A stretch of DNA of 34,131 nucleotides from Candidatus Sericytochromatia bacterium (GCA_035285125.1 JAYKHR010000041.1:1-34131); one strand, 5' to 3'. Shown: positions 1 through 12,798, counted from the stretch's first letter. Numbers and translations are program-made. The notes: generated by a model not told the origin, from the sequence alone.

Positions 1-999
1 GTTGATGAGCAAGCCGCCGCGGCCGGCATACAGGGCGGCTGCGCCGTTGATGGGCACCTCGGTGGCGGGGCGCCCCGCGCCGAGCCTGGCCTGGCCGAGC
101 AGCAGGGCCTTGACGTCCTCGGCGACCTGGTCCACGGCGGGCACGCGCTGGCGGAGCCTGGCCGTGATGGTGTTGAGGGTGGCGTCGTCGTGCAAGAAGG
201 CCCCGGTGGCGAAGGCACGGACGACGTCGAGCTGCGCGTTGAGGCGGTCGCTCTCGCTGCGGGGGAGCTTGTCGAGGGTCGCCTGCTCGCCCCTCGCGAG
301 GCTGAGGACGTAGGCGGCGCCGAGGGAGCTTGCCGTGGTGAGGTTGACGGTGGCCTGCTGCGCGCCGTCCCGGGCGACGATGGCCCGCAGCTCGCCGCCG
401 TTCCAGAGGGTCACGCGCGCGACCAGGTTGCCGGGGGGCAGGACGGCCTCGAGGCGGTAGGTGGCGTCAGGCCCCGAGACGGCCTGCAGGGGCCTGCCGG
501 CCTCGTCGAGGAGGGGGCGGCCGGCGGCGTCGAGCAACTCGACGCGGGCGTCGGTGAGGCCGTAGACGGCGAGGCCGGTTTCGTCTTGCAGACTATAGAA
601 CTTGGTCTTGCCGAGCATGACCCCGCCATTGCTCGACACCACCGCGCCGCCGTTGTTGGACAGCACCTGGCCGGAGGTGTTGCTGATGATACCTCCGCTC
701 CGGTCGGTGATGAGGCTGCCTCCCTGGTCGCTGATGAGGCTGCCTCCCCGGTCGCTGATGAGGCTGCCTCCCCGGTCGCTGATCAGCTCACCGCCAGGGT
801 TGGCGATGAGCTTGATCGTGCCGAGCAGGCGCGTCGCGGTGCCACGCTGGGGCACGCCTGGGGTGGCGGCCTTGGGGGTGGGGCTGGCTGAGCTGGCCAC
901 GGTGCGACGGGCGTCTGTGGGGCCTGCAGGCCCGAGGGGTTGGCAACTGGTGGTCAGCAGCAGGGCTGCGAGCAGGGCCTGGGGTGGACGTGACGCCAT
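1..999 (-). CDS. Putative lipoprotein with octapeptide repeats, 5' part only (continues past the left edge); probable NHL/beta-propeller region begins near the edge
   Basis: Hand-translated; not in the ORF track. ATG at 999 (alternative in-frame ATG at 1011), open to position 1. MASRPPQALLAALLLTTSC is a signal with a lipobox-like Cys. It is followed by a P/A/T-rich linker, eight octapeptide repeats, a globular region, then GAGRPATEVPINGAAALYAGRGGLLIN, resembling the GDGGPATxAxLNxP start of NHL-type repeats. Strong GC3 codon bias. Confidence 0.85.
   Translation of the reverse strand, partial: MASRPPQALLAALLLTTSCQPLGPAGPTDARRTVASSASPTPKAATPGVPQRGTATRLLGTIKLIANPGGELISDRGGSLISDRGGSLISDQGGSLITDRSGGIISNTSGQVLSNNGGAVVSSNGGVMLGKTKFYSLQDETGLAVYGLTDARVELLDAAGRPLLDEAGRPLQAVSGPDATYRLEAVLPPGNLVARVTLWNGGELRAIVARDGAQQATVNLTTASSLGAAYVLSLARGEQATLDKLPRSESDRLNAQLDVVRAFATGAFLHDDATLNTITARLRQRVPAVDQVAEDVKALLLGQARLGAGRPATEVPINGAAALYAGRGGLLIN
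619..810 (-). repeat. Coding tandem repeat, 8 x 24 bp
   Basis: Units encode LIANPGGE, LISDRGGS, LISDRGGS, LISDQGGS, LITDRSGG, IISNTSGQ, VLSNNGGA, VVSSNGGV. The central DNA units are near-identical (ctgatgaggctgcctccccggtcg on the + strand). Confidence 0.95.
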
Positions 1000-1247
1000 A
1001 CGGCCTGGCATACCCGGTTGCCTGATCCGGCAAACCGGTGGCCAGTGCCTGACACCGCGGTCGCCGCCCCCGCTGACGTGGCCCCCCGGGGCGGAGAGGG
1101 GAGCGGCGAGGCCTTCACCCCCCGGCGCGCCCTTCCCACCCGGTGGAGTGGTCTCCCCTGGTGGGCCCTCGGCGGCCCCGGCCTCGCGTGGCAGCCTACC
1201 CCCCTGCGGGTATGGTGAAGCTACCGACCAGGCCAGGAGCACCCGCC

Positions 1248-2174
1248 ATGAACCGGTATCTCTCTCGCGCGACCCTCCTTGGGGCCCTCGTGGTGGGGCT
1301 TGGCTGCGCCGGAGCCCCGGTGGCCGTGGCGCCGACCTCCAAGCCCCGCGGGCCGGCCAGGGCCAAGGCCACGCCCACGCCCGTGGCCGCCCTGGCGCCC
1401 ACGCCGACGCCGACGCCCTCGGCCACCCCCACACCGACCCCCGCCCCCACGCCCACGCCGACCCCTACGCCCACCCCCACCCCCACGCCGGGCCCACCGG
1501 CCACGCAGCAGGAGGTGGCCTCGGCCACCAGCTTTCCCTTCACCGAGGTGGGGCAGCGCTGGACCTACAAGCTCTCGCTCGGGGCTTCCTTCCTCACCCT
1601 TCCGGGCAGCCTGCAGGTCACGACCCAGGCCGTGTCCTCGGAGAGCTCGGAGGTCTACAGCGTCTTCGACGTTGACACCAGCAAATCCCCGCTCGGGGGC
1701 AGCAACGCCAGGCCGTACCATGTCGAGCGCCTCCAGACGCTGAACCGGGCCGACGGCAACCCTTACGCGAAGCTGCTGGGCCTCCTTTTCGACCAGAGTG
1801 GGGAGGGCGTCGCTTCCAGCACCGCCCCCGTGAGCACGCGCGAGGGGGTGACGGTCGGGGGCAAGGCCTACCCGGACGCCGTGCGCCAGCAGTTCGACTC
1901 CACCATCGGCTCGACCACGCTGAAGCTCGACATGTTCCTGACGCCGCAAGAGGGGATGGTCAAGGAGGTCGCCCGGGGCGACAGGCTGCCGGCCGGCCTG
2001 CTGTCGTCGGACCCCATGCTCGGGTCGCTCGACAAGCTGCCCTTCACGCTCACGCTCGAGCTTGAGACGCTCGAGATGGTCGATCCGCAGTTCGTGGCGA
2101 CGGGCTCGCCGGCTGCCTCAGGCCCCCTGGTCGCCTCGCCGACGCCGTCCACGAGCGGGTCCATCACCCCCTGA
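1248..2174 (+). CDS. Putative lipoprotein with Pro-Thr linker and a DUF3108/TapB-like beta-rich domain
   Basis: AGGAG at 1235-1239 precedes ATG 1248. Signal MNRYLSRATLLGALVVGLGC, a (PT)n tract, then the FP...G.RWTY and E.VTVGGKAY...F....GMVK pattern seen in DUF3108/TapB-like folds (recognised by eye). Confidence 0.75.
   Translation: MNRYLSRATLLGALVVGLGCAGAPVAVAPTSKPRGPARAKATPTPVAALAPTPTPTPSATPTPTPAPTPTPTPTPTPTPTPGPPATQQEVASATSFPFTEVGQRWTYKLSLGASFLTLPGSLQVTTQAVSSESSEVYSVFDVDTSKSPLGGSNARPYHVERLQTLNRADGNPYAKLLGLLFDQSGEGVASSTAPVSTREGVTVGGKAYPDAVRQQFDSTIGSTTLKLDMFLTPQEGMVKEVARGDRLPAGLLSSDPMLGSLDKLPFTLTLELETLEMVDPQFVATGSPAASGPLVASPTPSTSGSITP
1371..1490 (+). repeat. Low-complexity (Pro-Thr)n coding repeat
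   Basis: Encodes TPTPVAALAPTPTPTPSATPTPTPAPTPTPTPTPTPTPTP with synonymous codon variation. Confidence 0.9.
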
Positions 2175-2189
2175 TAGCGGCGGGCAGAT

Positions 2190-2218
2190 GCCCCTGGCCA
2201 GCACCGCTGGCCCCGGGC
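2190..2218. terminator. GC-rich hairpin between convergent genes, possible terminator
   Basis: GGCCAGC-acc-GCTGGCC (2196-2212), extended by GCCC/GGGC. No clear U tract. Confidence 0.4.
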
Positions 2219-2225
2219 GTTCCCC

Positions 2226-2393
2226 TCAGCAGCACCGGTGCACGCCGCCGTGGGTCTCCTCCCATGCCGCCTTCACGCCGGCGGCGTCGCACCCACACCC
2301 CCGGGCGAGCCGGTGCCGCAGGGCCGTCTCGCCCGAGAGGTCCCGCAGCACGCCCAGCAAACGGCCCGCGAGCAGGCCCAGCCAGCGCCTCAC
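2226..2393 (-). CDS. YbdD/YjiX (DUF466)-like small protein, 55 aa
   Basis: GTG overlaps the cstA stop (GTGA). Sequence MRRWLGLLAGRLLGVLRDLSGETALRHRLARGCGCDAAGVKAAWEETHGGVHRCC. The terminal RCC and position directly after cstA are family hallmarks. Confidence 0.8.
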   Translation of the reverse strand: MRRWLGLLAGRLLGVLRDLSGETALRHRLARGCGCDAAGVKAAWEETHGGVHRCC

Positions 2394-4455
2394 GCGGCCC
2401 CCTGCGGCAGCGCGGCCGGCTCCGGCGGCACCTCGGTGCTGGCTGCCGGCTCCAGGCCACGCCCGATGCGCCACCAGCGCCGCGCCGCGAGCGCCAGCAC
2501 CGCGGCCGTGAGGCCCAGGAACAGCGCGGTCAGCGCCGCGTCGATCACGTCGTTGCGGATCATGGCCTGCGCCTCGGCGAGGGCCGCCGGGGCGAGGCCC
2601 CCTGCCGCCACCTTGGCCTCCAGCATCGCCTTGTGGGCGAGGAAGCCCACCCGGGGGCTGGCCGCGAAGAGCTTCTCGAAGCCTGCAGCGAAGCAGACCA
2701 CCACGAGCCAGGCCAGCGGCCCGAGCGTGACGGCGGCCCAGCGGGCCTTGCCTGCCTTGACGAGCAGGGTCGTGCCGACGATCAGGGCGATCGCCGCGAG
2801 CAGCTGGTTGGCGATGCCGAACAGCGGCCAGAGCGAGTTGATGCCGCCAAGCGGATCCACCACCCCCTGGTAAAGGAACCAGCCCCAGCCGCCCACCACG
2901 AGGGCCGAGGCCAGCACCGCGCTGGGGTAGGCGCTCGTGCGCCCGAGCGGCGCCCAGAGCTGGCCGAGCAGGTCCTGCAGCATGAAGCGCCCCACCCGCG
3001 TGCCCGCATCCAGCGTCGTGAGGATGAACAGGGCCTCGAACATGATCGCGAAGTGGTACCAGAGGCCCATCATGGCGGGCCCCCCCACGAGCGCCGAGAA
3101 GACCTGCGCCACCCCGAGCGCGAAGGTCGGCGCGCCCCCTGTGCGGTGGTACAGCGAGGCCTCGCCGACCTGCGCCGCGAGCGCCTCCATGGCGCCTGGG
3201 GCGAGCGGGAAGCCCCAGCCCGAGACGGTGGCCGCCACCGCGGCCGGCGTGGCGCCCGTGAGCGCGGCCGGGGCGTTGATGGCGAAGTACACGCCCGGCT
3301 CCAGCACGCAGGCCGCCACGAGCGCCATCACGGCCACGAAGGACTCCATCAGCATCGCGCCGTACCCGATCGCCCGGGCGTCGGGCTCGCGGTCGAGCAG
3401 CTTGGGCGTCGTGCCCGCGGCCACGAGGGCATGGAAGCCGCTGATGGCCCCGCAGGCGATGGTGATGAAGCAGAACGGGAACAGCGCGCCCGCCACCACC
3501 GGCCCGGAGCCGTCGAGGAACGGCGTCAGGGGCGGCAGCCGCAGCGTGGGGGCCGTCGCCAGGATGCCCACGGCCATCAGCCCCACCGTGCCCACCTTCA
3601 CGAAGGTGCTCAGGTAGTCGCGCGGGGCGAGCAGCAGCCAGACGGGCAGCACCGAGGCCGCGAGGCCGTAGCCCATGAGCGCCCAGGCCAGGGTGCGGGC
3701 GTCGAGCGTGAAGAGCGGGCCGAGCACGGGGTGCGCCGCGACGTGGTGGCCGCCCACGAGGGCGGTGAGCAGCAGGGCCACGCCCAGCGTCGAGCCCTCC
3801 AGCACCCGGCCGGGGCGCCAGACCCGCATGTACAGGCCCACCACCAGCGCGATCGGGATGGTCATCGCCAGCGTGAAGGTGCCCCAGGGGCTCGCCGCCA
3901 GCGCCTTGACCACCACGAGCGCCAGCACGGCCAGCAGCACGACCATGATCGCGAGCACGGCCACGAGCGTGAGCCCCCCCGCCACGGGGCCGAGCTCGTC
4001 CCGGGCCATCTGCCCGAGGCTGCGGCCGTCGCGCCGGGTGGAGCCCACCAGGATCACGAGGTCCTGCACGGCGCCACCGAGCACCACGCCGACGAGGAGC
4101 CACAGCAGGCCCGGCAGCCAGCCGAACTGCGCCGCGAGGATCGGCCCGACCAGGGGGCCCGCGCCCGCGATGGCGGCGAAGTGGTGGCCGAAGAGCACGA
4201 ACGGGCGCGTGGGGACGAAGTCCCGGCCGTTCTCGAGCCGGTGGGCGGGCGTCCGACGCGCCGCGTCCAGCCCCAGCACGCGGTCTGCCAGCCAGCGCGC
4301 GTAGGTGCGGTAGGCGATCGCGTAGGTGCAGCCCGCCGCCGTCACCAGCCAGAGGGCGTTGACGGCCTCGCCACGGGCCGTGGCGAGCGCGCCGAGGGCA
4401 ACGGCCAGCCCCGCCGCGAGCAGCCCCGTGACGGCGTGGCCCTGCCAGGCGCGCG

Positions 4456-4459
<4 letters not shown>
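2390..4459 (-). CDS. cstA: Carbon starvation protein A family transporter (peptide/pyruvate)
   Basis: Motifs TPAHRLENGRDFVPT, FGHHFAAIAGAGPLVGP, LLAPRDYLSTF, ITIACGAISGFH, LTTLDAGTRVGR, WPLFGIANQLLA; many TM segments; GTG overlaps the upstream stop. Confidence 0.97.
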
Positions 4460-7194
<2,735 letters not shown>

Positions 7195-7223
7195 GGCACT
7201 CCTCCGGAGGGACGGTCGCGAAA

Positions 7224-7232
7224 ACGATACCA
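7224..7232 (-). promoter_or_regulatory. Putative extended -10 element (TGGTATCGT) for the peptidase-cstA operon
   Basis: Matches TGnTAnnnT about 30 nt upstream of ATG 7194. Confidence 0.5.
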
Positions 7233-7287
7233 CAGCGGCCTGGCCGGGCCGAGCCTGCCGTGGGGCTTGTTCGCCGCTGCTGGCCGG

Positions 7288-7296
7288 TGCTATCGT
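7288..7296 (+). promoter_or_regulatory. Putative extended -10 element (TGCTATCGT) for glycan module A
   Basis: Matches TGnTAnnnT about 50 nt upstream of the GTG start; divergent partner of the 7224-7232 element. Confidence 0.5.
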
Positions 7297-7347
7297 GCCG
7301 CACACGCGGCGCCCGGCGGGGGCGGACGCGGTGGGGAGGGCGTGCGC

Positions 7348-9639
7348 GTGGGCGAGAGCTGGGCACCGGGCCGGGAGGCGGCGGCCCTGGGCGGGACGGC
7401 CGCCCTCGTGCTGGCCTTTGTCGCGCTGATGACGGCCTTCGAGCCGGGCTTCTTCTGGCACGATGACGCCCAGGCCTGGTGGGTGCCCCTGATGGTCGAT
7501 GTCCAGCGGGCCTGGGCAGCCGGCGAGTGGCCCCTCGTGACGCCGTGGTCGTGGCACGCCACCTCGCTGGCGGGCGAGTACCAGCCCGGCATCTTCTCTC
7601 CCCTCGTGCTCGGGGGCTACGCGCTTGCCACCACCCTGGCCGCGACGATGCCCGGTATGGCGGCGGTGTATGCCGGCGCGATGCTGCTGGTGGCCGCCTC
7701 GGGGGCTCACGTGCTGGCCCGCGTCGAGGGCGTCCCGCGGCCCCTGGCGGTGATGGTGGGCCTGGTGGCGGCCCTCAACGGCTGGTCCATCAGCTGGGCG
7801 GCCTCCAACTGGTTCCCGGTGGCCGCCGGCTTCGGCGCGCTGCTGTGGGTGTGGGCGGCGCTGGCGTGGGGCCTGCAGGGTGGGCCGCGGCGCCGGGCGG
7901 TGGCGGCCGTGGCCGTGGCCGTCGCCGTGCTCGTCACCGCCGGCGGGCCCCACATGGTGCTGATGGCGCTCGCCATCACGGCGGCGCTCGCGGGGCGGGC
8001 CGCCTGGCGGGCCCGGGCGGCCTGGCCCGTGGGCCTGGCCGCGGTGGCCTGGGTGCTGGGGCTGGGCCTGGCTGCGCCCGCCTGGGCCACCTTCCTCGGC
8101 GGCCTGCCGCACACGCTCCGGGCGGGCCACGGCCTGGCCCTGACGTGGCAGCGGCTGCTGCCGCTGGAGGCGCTGCCCGGGATGGTCTCGCCTGCGTGGG
8201 TCGTGCGGGGCTTCGTGCTCGAGGGCAGCGGGCCCCAGCTGCCGATCGAGCTGGCCAACGGGCTGGTGGTGCCGGCCGTGTGGCTCGCGGCCATCCTGGC
8301 AGGAGGCCGCCAGGGGTGGCGCGCGCTGGGCTGGCACGCGGGCCTGGCTGGCGTGTGCCTGCTCCTCGCCGCCCTGCCCAGCCTGGGGACGTTTCGCTGG
8401 AGCTACCGCTGGCTGTTGCCGGCGCATGTCGCGCTGGCGCTCGGGGCGGCGCAGTGGCTGGCCTGGCGCTGGCGCTCGGGGCCGGGTCGCCTGCGCGACC
8501 ACCCCGCGCTCTGGGGGGCCCTGGCGCTCGGGGGGGTCCACCTCGGCACCCTGCAGCAGCCGGTCGTGCCCGCCGCCTACCACGCCGGGCTGCTCACCTT
8601 GCTGCTGGCCTGGGCCCTCCTCGAGCGCGCGGCGCGGGCGGGGCGCGCCTGGGGGCGGTGGGGGCCGCCGCTCATCACCCTGGCCGCGCTGGTGACGACC
8701 TACCGCTTCATCCCCCACCACCTGCTCGTGCCGACGTGGCCGCTGCCTGACGTCCTGCGCCCCCACCCCGTCCTGGAACCTGGCCGGCGCTACCTCCTGG
8801 CAGGGGACCTGCCCACCTACTACCCCGGCCGCTCCCCGGACGAGGGCTTCGGGCGCGTGCGGCTCGTGGGGGCGCTGCCCCTGGCGGCTGGCGTGCCCTT
8901 CGTCAACGGCTACTCGGCGCTGGCCCCGCGGGGTTCCTTCCGGGCCTTCGCGTTTGACATGACGGGCTACCAGCCGGCCGATGTCGTGGCGCGCGTCTGG
9001 CGGGTCGACGCGGCGCCGGGCGCCCTGCTGGCGCGCCTGGGGGTGGACGGCCTGGTGCTCGCCACCCCCTCCGAGGCTGCCCGGGGCCAGCTGCAGGCCC
9101 ACGGCTGGCGGCTCGTGGCCGTCGATGCCGGCGGGCAGATCTGGCACCGGGGGGCCGCGCCGAGCCCGCTCGTGGCTGCCGGGGAGGGGCTGCGCCGCGT
9201 GGCCCCCGGCGACGAGGCGGCCTGGCGCGCGGCCCTGGCGGCCCGCGACGGGCTGGCCGCCGTCGAGGGGCCCGACCCCGGCGAGGTTAGGGTCGCCCCG
9301 CGCGCCGTGCGGCTGCTGCGGGTGGGCCGCAACAGCCTCGAGGTGGAGGTGGCCCCGGGGCCGGCACCCGCCCTGCTGCGCGTGGCCCGCGGCTGGGCGC
9401 CGCACTGGGAGGCCCGCCTCGACGAGCGGCCCCTGGAGGTGCTGGCCCTCGACGGGGTCGTGCCCGGGGTGGTGATCCCGGCGGGCGTCGGGGGGCGGCT
9501 GGCGCTGCGCTGCTGGCCGGCGGGGCTGGGGCTCGGGCTGCAGGTGGCGGCCGCCACCGTCGTGCTCGCGGGCGTGGGGGGCCTGGCGTGGGGGCGGCGT
9601 CGGCGCCGCGGTGAACATTTTGCCCGAGGTGTGCGATGA
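7348..9639 (+). CDS. YfhO-like polytopic membrane protein, putative GT-C glycosyltransferase (paralog 1)
   Basis: GTG 7348 (alternative 7342) after GGGGAGGG. The first TM is followed by FFWHDD and GEWPL.TPWS...SLAGEYQPGIFSP; many TMs; VNGYS; YfhO-type C-terminus W.PHWEARLD...GVVIPAG...P.GL plus a last TM. Confidence 0.75.
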   Translation: MGESWAPGREAAALGGTAALVLAFVALMTAFEPGFFWHDDAQAWWVPLMVDVQRAWAAGEWPLVTPWSWHATSLAGEYQPGIFSPLVLGGYALATTLAATMPGMAAVYAGAMLLVAASGAHVLARVEGVPRPLAVMVGLVAALNGWSISWAASNWFPVAAGFGALLWVWAALAWGLQGGPRRRAVAAVAVAVAVLVTAGGPHMVLMALAITAALAGRAAWRARAAWPVGLAAVAWVLGLGLAAPAWATFLGGLPHTLRAGHGLALTWQRLLPLEALPGMVSPAWVVRGFVLEGSGPQLPIELANGLVVPAVWLAAILAGGRQGWRALGWHAGLAGVCLLLAALPSLGTFRWSYRWLLPAHVALALGAAQWLAWRWRSGPGRLRDHPALWGALALGGVHLGTLQQPVVPAAYHAGLLTLLLAWALLERAARAGRAWGRWGPPLITLAALVTTYRFIPHHLLVPTWPLPDVLRPHPVLEPGRRYLLAGDLPTYYPGRSPDEGFGRVRLVGALPLAAGVPFVNGYSALAPRGSFRAFAFDMTGYQPADVVARVWRVDAAPGALLARLGVDGLVLATPSEAARGQLQAHGWRLVAVDAGGQIWHRGAAPSPLVAAGEGLRRVAPGDEAAWRAALAARDGLAAVEGPDPGEVRVAPRAVRLLRVGRNSLEVEVAPGPAPALLRVARGWAPHWEARLDERPLEVLALDGVVPGVVIPAGVGGRLALRCWPAGLGLGLQVAAATVVLAGVGGLAWGRRRRRGEHFARGVR

Positions 9640-9648
9640 TGTGGCGCG

Positions 9649-10992
9649 ATGCACAGCCCCGTTGAAACAGCCGAGCAGGTTCGCGACCAGGTGCTGGCGC
9701 TCGTCGAGCGCTACCATGCCCTGGCCCATGGGCGCCCCGCCTTCGAGCCGGGCCAGAGCCGCGTCACCTACGCGGGCCGCTGGTACGAGGCGGCCGACAT
9801 GGTGTCGCTGGTGGCCTCCTCGCTCGACTTCTGGCTGACGGCAGGCCCCTACACGACCCGCTTCGAGGAGGGCCTGCGGTCGCTCTTCGGCGCCCATGAC
9901 GTGGCCTTCGTGAACTCGGGCTCGTCGGCCAACCTGGCCGCCGTGTCGGCCCTCGCGGCCGTCGAGACGCCGCGGCTGCTGCGCAGCGACGACCCGCCCG
10001 CGCTGCGCCCCGGTGACGAGGTCATCACGCCCGCCGTGACCTTCCCGACCACGCTCGCGCCCATCTTGCAGAACCAGCTGGTGCCGGTCTTCGTGGATGT
10101 CGAGCTCGACACGCTCAACGTCGACGTTGAGGCGGTGGCCGCCGCCGTGGGGCCGCGCACCCGGGCGATGTTCATCCCGCACACGGTGGGGCTGCCGGCA
10201 GACCTCGACCGGCTTCAGGCGATCGCCCGCGAGCACGGCTTGTGGCTGCTCGAAGACGGCTGCGACGCCCTTGGCGGTCGCTGGGACGGCCAGCTGCTCG
10301 GCACCTTCGGGGCCATGTCGACGCTCAGCTTTTACCCGGCCCACCACATCACCACCGGCGAGGGCGGCGCCGTCGTCGTCAACCACCCGCGGCTCAAGAA
10401 GGTCGTGCGCTCGGTGCGCGACTGGGGCCGGGACTGCTGGTGCGACCCGGGCGTGTCGGACTCCTGCCGCAAGCGCTTCGGCTGGAAGCTCGGCGAGCTG
10501 CCAGAGGGCTACGACCACAAGTACACCTACGCCAACCGGGGCTACAACCTGAAGGCCACCGACATGCAGGCCGCCGTGGGCGTGGTGCAGCTCGAGCGCC
10601 TCGATGAGGTCGTGGCCCTGCGGCGCAAGCACTTTGCCCGCTACCAGGAGGGCCTGGCCGACATGGCGGACGCCCTCGTGCTGCCGCGCATCCACCCGCG
10701 GGCGACGCCGTCGCCCTTCGGCTTCCCGCTCACGGTCCGCGAGGGCCTCGACGGGCGGCGCCTGCGCAACTTCCTGGAGGACGCCCGCATCGAGACGCGC
10801 CAGGTCTTCGGCGGCAACGTGCTGCGCCAGCCGGGCTTCCTCGACATTCCCCGCCGCGTCGTTGGCGACCTGACGGTCTCCGACCGCATCATGGGCGACA
10901 CGATCTTCGTGGGCGTGTGGCCCGGGATGACGCTGGAGATGGTCGACTACGTCGTCGACCGCGTGCGCGAGTTCGTGAGGCGAGGGGGATGA
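9649..10992 (+). CDS. rfbH: CDP-4-keto-6-deoxyglucose 3-dehydrase (E1, RfbH/DdhC)
   Basis: DegT-like fold with His in place of the Schiff-base Lys (SFYPAHHITTGEGG); Fe-S ligand segment RDWGRDCWC.PG..DSC...YDHKY; VNSGSSANL. Confidence 0.95.
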   Translation: MHSPVETAEQVRDQVLALVERYHALAHGRPAFEPGQSRVTYAGRWYEAADMVSLVASSLDFWLTAGPYTTRFEEGLRSLFGAHDVAFVNSGSSANLAAVSALAAVETPRLLRSDDPPALRPGDEVITPAVTFPTTLAPILQNQLVPVFVDVELDTLNVDVEAVAAAVGPRTRAMFIPHTVGLPADLDRLQAIAREHGLWLLEDGCDALGGRWDGQLLGTFGAMSTLSFYPAHHITTGEGGAVVVNHPRLKKVVRSVRDWGRDCWCDPGVSDSCRKRFGWKLGELPEGYDHKYTYANRGYNLKATDMQAAVGVVQLERLDEVVALRRKHFARYQEGLADMADALVLPRIHPRATPSPFGFPLTVREGLDGRRLRNFLEDARIETRQVFGGNVLRQPGFLDIPRRVVGDLTVSDRIMGDTIFVGVWPGMTLEMVDYVVDRVREFVRRGG

Positions 10993-11017
10993 GGCGGGCG
11001 CCTGAGGGGGGCTGGCG

Positions 11018-11788
11018 ATGAAGGTCGCGGTCCTGGCAGGCGGCTTCGGCACCCGCCTGCTCGAGGAGACGGAGGTCGTGCCCAAGCCGATGGTCGCCAT
11101 CGGGGGGAGGCCCATCTTGTGGCACATCCTCAAGCACTTTGGCGTCCACGGCTGCAGGGAGTTCTGCCTGGCGCTCGGCTACAAGGCCGAGGTCATCAAG
11201 CGCTACTTCCTCGATTACCAGGCCCTCAGCCGCTCCGTGTCGCTGAACCTCCGCTCGGGCGAGCTCACGCTGCACGCCGGGGAGGTGGAGGACTGGACGG
11301 TCCACCTGGTCGACACCGGGCTCAACACCATGACCGGGGGACGCATCCGCCGCATGGCCCCGTTTTTGCGAGATGGGACGTTCTTCTTGACCTACGGGGA
11401 CGGCGTGGCGAACGTGGACCTGCACGCCTTGCTGGCCCACCACCGCCGCATGGGGCGGCTGGCCACCTTGACGTCGGTGCGGCCACCTGCCCGATTTGGG
11501 GGCTTGGCTCAGGAGGACGGCCTTGTGCAGGCCTTCGTGGAGAAGCCCCGCCTCGGCGAAGGCTGGGTCAACGGGGGCTTCATGGTGATCGAGCCGGCCG
11601 TCCTCGACTACATCGACGGTGACGACACGGTCTTCGAGCGGGACGTGCTCGAGCGCCTCGCCACCGACGGCCAGCTGGCGGCTTTCGCTCACGAGGGCTT
11701 CTGGCAGTGCATGGACAACATCCGGGACCGACGGCTGCTCGAGCAGCTCTGGCAGGAAGGAGCGCCGCCGTGGAAGACCTGGGCGTGA
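11018..11788 (+). CDS. rfbF: Glucose-1-phosphate cytidylyltransferase
   Basis: [12 protein letters not shown]...[49 protein letters not shown]. Confidence 0.97.
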   Translation: MKVAVLAGGFGTRLLEETEVVPKPMVAIGGRPILWHILKHFGVHGCREFCLALGYKAEVIKRYFLDYQALSRSVSLNLRSGELTLHAGEVEDWTVHLVDTGLNTMTGGRIRRMAPFLRDGTFFLTYGDGVANVDLHALLAHHRRMGRLATLTSVRPPARFGGLAQEDGLVQAFVEKPRLGEGWVNGGFMVIEPAVLDYIDGDDTVFERDVLERLATDGQLAAFAHEGFWQCMDNIRDRRLLEQLWQEGAPPWKTWA

Positions 11789-12798
11789 GCGTCGGGGGGC
11801 CCTCTGCGTTCTGGCGCGACCGGCCGACCTTCGTCACGGGCGGCACGGGCCTTGTCGGCAGCGTGCTCGTCGAGTGCCTCGTGGCGGCGGGAGCCGACGT
11901 GGTCTGCCTCGTGAGGGACTGGGTGCCTCAGAGCGAGCTTGTGCGCAGCGGGGCCCTGGCACGCGTGCGCGTGGTGCGGGGTGACCTGGCCGACCTCCCG
12001 CTGCTCCAGCGGGTGCTGGGGGAGTACGAGATCGACACCGTGCTGCACCTTGCGGCCCAGACCATCGTGGGGGTAGCGAACCGGGATCCCCTCTCGACCT
12101 TTGAGGCCAACATTCGCGGCACGTGGCACGTGCTGGATGCCTGCCGGCGCGCCCCCACCGTCAAGCAGGTGGTGTTCGCCTCCTCCGACAAGGCCTATGG
12201 CGAGGTGGGCACCCTGCCGTATGACGAGGCCATGCCACTTCAGGGGCGGCACCCCTACGACGTCAGCAAGTCGTGCGCCGACCTGCTGGCTCAGGCCTAC
12301 GCCACCACCTATGGGTTGCCGGTGGCGATCACCCGCTGTGGCAACTTTTACGGCGGCGGGGACCTGAACTGGAACCGGCTCGTGCCCGGCACCATCCGGT
12401 CGCTGCTGCGTGGCCAGCCGCCCGTGATCCGCTCGGACGGCACGCTCGTGCGCGACTACTTCTACGTCGAGGACGGGGCGCTGGCCTACATGGCCCTGGC
12501 CGAGGCACTGGCGCACGACCGCAGCCTGGCGGGCGAGGCCTTCAACTTCTCCAGCGAGGAGCCTCTCTCGGCGCGGGCCCTGGTGGACCGCCTGATCGCC
12601 CTGATGGGGGCCGCCGTCGAGCCCGTGGTGCTCAATGAGGCCACGAACGAGATCCTCGCCCAGCACCTCGCGAGCACCAAGGCGCGGGGCCGGCTGGGCT
12701 GGCGGCCGGCGTTCACGCTGGATGAGGGGCTCAAGCGGACGATCGCGTGGTATGAGCGCCACCTCGCCGGCGCGGCAGGGGTGCAGGCGTGCCGATGA
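11785..12798 (+). CDS. rfbG: CDP-glucose 4,6-dehydratase-like extended SDR
   Basis: GTG overlaps the rfbF stop; [44 protein letters not shown]...RLVP; follows rfbF. Confidence 0.8.
   Translation: MSVGGPSAFWRDRPTFVTGGTGLVGSVLVECLVAAGADVVCLVRDWVPQSELVRSGALARVRVVRGDLADLPLLQRVLGEYEIDTVLHLAAQTIVGVANRDPLSTFEANIRGTWHVLDACRRAPTVKQVVFASSDKAYGEVGTLPYDEAMPLQGRHPYDVSKSCADLLAQAYATTYGLPVAITRCGNFYGGGDLNWNRLVPGTIRSLLRGQPPVIRSDGTLVRDYFYVEDGALAYMALAEALAHDRSLAGEAFNFSSEEPLSARALVDRLIALMGAAVEPVVLNEATNEILAQHLASTKARGRLGWRPAFTLDEGLKRTIAWYERHLAGAAGVQACR

Noticed and set aside
701..790. 24-bp direct repeats as a CRISPR array
   Set aside because: The units are contiguous with no spacers, are a multiple of 3, lie in frame in a CDS, and no cas genes are present.
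2..1675. Plus-strand ORFs 2-313, 190-891 and 602-1675
   Set aside because: Shadows or alternative frames of the minus-strand lipoprotein (1-999) and the 1248-2174 gene; no recognisable motifs.
2190..2228. Selenocysteine read-through of the ybdD-like TGA with the hairpin as SECIS
   Set aside because: The protein already ends in Cys-Cys, and read-through would run into the convergent gene. The hairpin is better explained as a terminator.
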